Shown here: positions 60,303 through 64,000 of the stretch, in pieces | Position numbering within the stretch: the first letter of the stretch is position 1 | Layout: every line of letters starts with the position of its first letter | From: Lentimicrobiaceae bacterium | Lineage (GTDB): Bacteria > Bacteroidota > Bacteroidia > Bacteroidales > UBA4417 | Reading direction: 5' to 3' | Length of the DNA stretch: 64,000 bases | Assembly: GCA_031550085.1 (NCBI GenBank) | Contig: JAVBOY010000003.1 | Span: 4,006-68,005 of the forward strand | Translations under genes and position numbers: made by a program | Notes under the pieces: model-generated | What the model was told of the DNA's origin: nothing | Databases searched by the model: none | What the model saw: the letters and a program-made list of their open reading frames with translations, nothing else

Positions 60303-61547
60303 ATGGCTGATTCGGCGCACATCAATTTAGTTGAAACCTTTTCCGAATTTAAGGAATTTAAAAACATTGACCGCGAAATGCTTATGCGCATCCTTGAGGA
60401 TGTATTTCGCCACATGCTGATAAAAAAATACGGCACCGACGAAAATATCGACATCATTGTGAATGTCGATAAAGGTGATTTGGAAATTTGGCGTAACCGC
60501 GAAATTGTCGCCGATGGCGATGTGGAAGACGAAAACCGCCAAATCGAATATTCGGAAGCCATCAAAATAGAACCCGACTTCGAGGTGGGCGAACAAGTGA
60601 CCGAACCCATTTGGATGAAAGATATCGGCCGCCGTGAAATTTTGGCGATTCGTCAAAATTTGGTTTCCAAAGTCCAGGAATACGAAAAAGATGCCATTTT
60701 TCGCAAGTATAAAGATAAAATCGGTGAAGTCATTACCGGCGAAGTTTACCAAGCCTGGAAAAGTGAAATCATGGTTTTGGACGACGAGGGATTGGAATTG
60801 GTTTTGCCGCGTAACGAACAAATTCCCGGTGATTTTTACCGCAAAGGCGATACCATCCGCGCGGTAGTAGCCCGTGTGGATATGAAAAAAAACTCGCCCC
60901 AGATCATTCTCTCACGTACTTCTCCCATGTTTTTGGAGCGTTTGCTCGAAGCTGAAGTACCCGAAATTTTCGACGGATTGATTACAATCAAAAATATTGT
61001 CCGCGTTCCCGGCGAACGCGCCAAAATTGCCGTTGAATCTTACGACGACCGCATTGACCCGGTAGGAGCCTGCGTCGGGATGAAAGGATCGCGCATTCAC
61101 GGGATTGTCCGCGAATTAAGGAATGAAAACATTGATGTAATCAACTATACAACGAATCCGCAACTTTACATCCAACGTGCATTAAGTCCAGCAAAAATAA
61201 CAGCCATCACGTTGGACGATGCCACCAAACGCGCCGATGTTTACATGAAACCCGACCAGGTTTCGTTGGCTATCGGAAAAGGCGGACACAACATCAAACT
61301 TGCCGGGAAACTGACCGGCTATGAAATCGATGTCTACCGCGATAATGACGCAGATTACGAAGACGTTGATTTAATGGAATTTACCGATGAGATCGATCAA
61401 TGGATCATTGAAGAATTAAAATCGATTGGTTGCGATACGGCTCGCAGCGTGCTGGAGCTAAGTGAAGAAGAGTTGGTTCGCCGCACCGAGCTGGAAGAAG
61501 AAACTATCAAAGAAGTAATCCGCATACTTAAAGCTGAATTTGAATAA
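60303..61547 (+). CDS. nusA: Transcription termination/antitermination factor NusA
   Basis: Contains the N-terminal domain, an S1 domain, and two KH domains (GACVGMKGSRI, AIGKGGHNIKLA). Confidence 0.93.
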   Translation: MADSAHINLVETFSEFKEFKNIDREMLMRILEDVFRHMLIKKYGTDENIDIIVNVDKGDLEIWRNREIVADGDVEDENRQIEYSEAIKIEPDFEVGEQVTEPIWMKDIGRREILAIRQNLVSKVQEYEKDAIFRKYKDKIGEVITGEVYQAWKSEIMVLDDEGLELVLPRNEQIPGDFYRKGDTIRAVVARVDMKKNSPQIILSRTSPMFLERLLEAEVPEIFDGLITIKNIVRVPGERAKIAVESYDDRIDPVGACVGMKGSRIHGIVRELRNENIDVINYTTNPQLYIQRALSPAKITAITLDDATKRADVYMKPDQVSLAIGKGGHNIKLAGKLTGYEIDVYRDNDADYEDVDLMEFTDEIDQWIIEELKSIGCDTARSVLELSEEELVRRTELEEETIKEVIRILKAEFE

Positions 61548-61700
61548 GCCTAAACACGGGATTTGTAATATTTTTTAGGGAGAATACTGTTTTATTAGTA
61601 TGCCGCATCGCGGCACAAAGCGCATACACGTTTCAGATTGAAAATATTATCGTACCTTTACAACCTCATACCGAGCTTTAGGCGAAACCTGGATAAAAGC

Positions 61701-64000
61701 ATGTCAGAAGGCACAAAAACAATTAGGCTTAGTAAAGCCGCAACAGAGTTTAACGTTGGTGTTTCAACCATTGTCGAGTTTCTCCTCAAAAAAGGAGAAA
61801 AAATCGACAGCAACCCCAATACCAAGTTGTCACCTGAGATGTATAATCTTTTGGTGAAAGAATTTCAGCCGGATAAAGCTGCCAAGGAAATTTCCAAAAA
61901 GATCGGTTTGGAATACACGCAACTTCAAGCTCCAACCACCGAAACACGAAAACCTGCCGAAGAAAAAGAAGAAGCAGAACCCAATGAATTGGTGATCCGC
62001 ACGTTGAATTTTCATGCAAAGCATGATAAACCGGCAGAAACCGAGGAAAAACCTGTTGTTTCGGAAACTGAAGAAAAACCAAAGAAAACTAAAAAAACGG
62101 TCGAAAAGCCTGAGGAATTGGTGGTCGTTGAAAAAGAGGCGACGCCTCCGGTTGTGGAAAAAGAGGTTCCGGCTAATGAACCGGAAACAAAAGAAGTTGT
62201 TGCTGTTGAATCGACCAACCCGGAAACTGCCCAGCCCGAACCCGGTATAAAGATTGTGGGGAAAATTGATTTGTCACAATTTGCAACACCCGCCAAAGGC
62301 AAATCGAAATCGGCAAAGACCGCCGAAAAAGAAGCCAAAACACCGAAAAAAGGCAAAGACGCTGAACCTGAACAAGACGTTGCAGCCGAAAGTGTAAAAC
62401 AAGAAACACCTCAAAACGAAATTATCGAAGAAACCGTTACGCCCCCGGTTGTGGAAAAAGAAGAACTTGTTGCTCCGGAAGAGTCCAAACAAGACCTGAA
62501 TCCTAACGGAATTTATACCAAAGAAGATCCCAATTTCATTTCAACCAAAGTCCCCACTTTGGAAGGCGTAAAAGTATTGGGAAAAATAGAATTGCCCGTT
62601 TTCCAAAAGCCGGAACCACAAAAACCGGCTGCTACCTCTTCGGATGAAAACCGTGCAGGTAAAAAGAAGAAACGGAAACGCATCAAAGCAAAAGAAAACG
62701 TTTCGGGAATTGAGGGTGAAAATAAGACAGATCCATCAAATCCGAAGGATCCGAAGAAAGTCGGGCCACAACCTCTACACAGGCCAGCAGATAAAAACAA
62801 AGGAAAAAAATACGGGAAGGTTATTGAACCACGGGTAGAACCATCGGAAGAAGAAGTTCAAAAACAAATCCGCGAAACGCTGCAACGCCTTTCGGCCGGA
62901 ACCGGAAAATCAAAAGCTTCTAAACACCGCCGCGAAAAACGTCAAGCTGAAGCGATACAGCAAGAAGAAACGCGCGCCCGCCTGGAAGAAGAAAAGAATG
63001 TTTTAAAAGTAACCGAATTCGTTACCGCCAACGATTTGGCGAACATGATGAATTTACCGGTTACCAAAATCATTGCTACCTGTATGTCGGTAGGTATGTT
63101 TGTTTCCATCAACCAACGCTTGGATGCCGAAGCCATCAGCCTGCTTGCCGACGAATTCGGTTTCAAAGTGGAATTTGTTGGTGTAGAAGTACAGGAATCA
63201 ATCGACAGCAAAGAATTGGATGCCGAAGAAGATACGGAACCCCGTCCACCCATTGTTACTGTGATGGGACACGTTGACCACGGGAAAACATCCTTGCTTG
63301 ATTACATTCGTAAAGCCAATGTAATCGCAGGGGAAGCCGGAGGTATTACGCAACACATCGGAGCTTACGAAGTGACTCACAAGGACGGGCGGAAAATTAC
63401 ATTCCTCGATACGCCGGGTCACGAAGCGTTCACGGCCATGCGTGCCCGCGGAGCCAAAATTACCGACCTTGTTATCATTGTAATTGCTGCCGACGATACC
63501 GTAATGCCGCAAACCATTGAAGCGATCAACCATGCTCAAGCGGCTGGCGTACCCATGGTATTTGCCATCAACAAGATTGATAAGCCCGGCGCCAATCCCG
63601 AAAAAATTAAGGAAGCTCTTTCCAAACTGAATATTTTAGTAGAAGATTGGGGCGGAAAATACCAAAGTCAGGAAATATCAGCAAAGAAAGGGATCCATGT
63701 GGAAGAGCTACTCGAAAAAGTATTGCTCGAAGCTGAACTTCTGGACTTAAAAGCCAATCCCAACCGCAATGCTTACGGAGCTGTCCTTGAATCCTCTTTG
63801 GATAAAGGACGCGGTTATGTGGCAAAAATGCTGGTTCAAAACGGAACCATACGGGTAGGAGACTTTGTACTCGCCGGTTCGGTATATGGAAAAGTAAAAG
63901 CCATGTACAACGAACGCAACAACCTTATTAAGGAAGCCGGCCCCGCAACCCCATTGTTGTTACTCGGCTTGGCAGGCGCACCGCAAGCCGGCGATATGTT
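61701..64000 (+). CDS. infB: Translation initiation factor IF-2 (3' end beyond the window)
   Basis: The ORF is open from ATG 61701 ([28 protein letters not shown]) to the window end. It has a low-complexity K/E/P-rich N-terminal region, then the G domain in frame ([29 protein letters not shown]). Confidence 0.92.
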   Translation, partial: MSEGTKTIRLSKAATEFNVGVSTIVEFLLKKGEKIDSNPNTKLSPEMYNLLVKEFQPDKAAKEISKKIGLEYTQLQAPTTETRKPAEEKEEAEPNELVIRTLNFHAKHDKPAETEEKPVVSETEEKPKKTKKTVEKPEELVVVEKEATPPVVEKEVPANEPETKEVVAVESTNPETAQPEPGIKIVGKIDLSQFATPAKGKSKSAKTAEKEAKTPKKGKDAEPEQDVAAESVKQETPQNEIIEETVTPPVVEKEELVAPEESKQDLNPNGIYTKEDPNFISTKVPTLEGVKVLGKIELPVFQKPEPQKPAATSSDENRAGKKKKRKRIKAKENVSGIEGENKTDPSNPKDPKKVGPQPLHRPADKNKGKKYGKVIEPRVEPSEEEVQKQIRETLQRLSAGTGKSKASKHRREKRQAEAIQQEETRARLEEEKNVLKVTEFVTANDLANMMNLPVTKIIATCMSVGMFVSINQRLDAEAISLLADEFGFKVEFVGVEVQESIDSKELDAEEDTEPRPPIVTVMGHVDHGKTSLLDYIRKANVIAGEAGGITQHIGAYEVTHKDGRKITFLDTPGHEAFTAMRARGAKITDLVIIVIAADDTVMPQTIEAINHAQAAGVPMVFAINKIDKPGANPEKIKEALSKLNILVEDWGGKYQSQEISAKKGIHVEELLEKVLLEAELLDLKANPNRNAYGAVLESSLDKGRGYVAKMLVQNGTIRVGDFVLAGSVYGKVKAMYNERNNLIKEAGPATPLLLLGLAGAPQAGDM

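Noticed and set aside
62145-62462. A direct repeat encoding TPPVVEKE twice about 300 nt apart, plus many antisense ORFs, in the 5' part of infB
   Set aside because: This is the low-complexity K/E/P-rich N-terminal region typical of IF-2. The antisense ORFs (61786-62800) are by-products of the biased composition.
823-63825. Numerous 60-190-aa ORFs nested in, or antisense to, the long genes (for example 2429-2842, 15438-15986, 20496-21044, 27207-27665, 30977-31552, 47386-47877, 60327-60821)
   Set aside because: All lie inside well-supported conserved genes on the opposite strand or in another frame. They have no recognisable motifs and show low-complexity or skewed composition.

Overview
This is a chromosomal segment from a Bacteroidota-type organism. 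The evidence is T9SS type A and type B C-terminal sorting domains, TAnnTTTG -7 promoter boxes, and a 46-nt CRISPR repeat beginning GTTGTG on the reverse strand. Most of the window is housekeeping: korAB, mfd, rny, zapA, alaS, meaB, mgsA, manA, fba, aconitase, pbpC, glyQS, pfk, elbB, and tRNA-Gln followed by rimP-nusA-infB. The accessory or unusual content falls into six items. (1) A CRISPR array is cut by the left window edge (nt 1-607) and has no cas genes on its visible side. Each repeat carries a promoter-like box. (2) An operon of two tandem FG-GAP / type-B-CTD T9SS cargo paralogs plus a small outer-membrane beta-barrel follows; the second paralog and the barrel each carry a single-base frameshift. 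(3) A roughly 200-nt highly structured, terminator-capped RNA candidate lies between zapA and rny and has a 6S-like architecture. (4) A TlpA / beta-barrel / CxxC-lipoprotein envelope module is present. (5) A roughly 400-bp repeat-dense non-coding stretch lies upstream of tRNA-Gln. (6) A tRNA-terminator-rimP-nusA-infB layout resembles the E. coli metY leader. I did not find a clear multi-gene defence or mobile system. All protein calls rest on by-eye motif and family recognition, not on searches.
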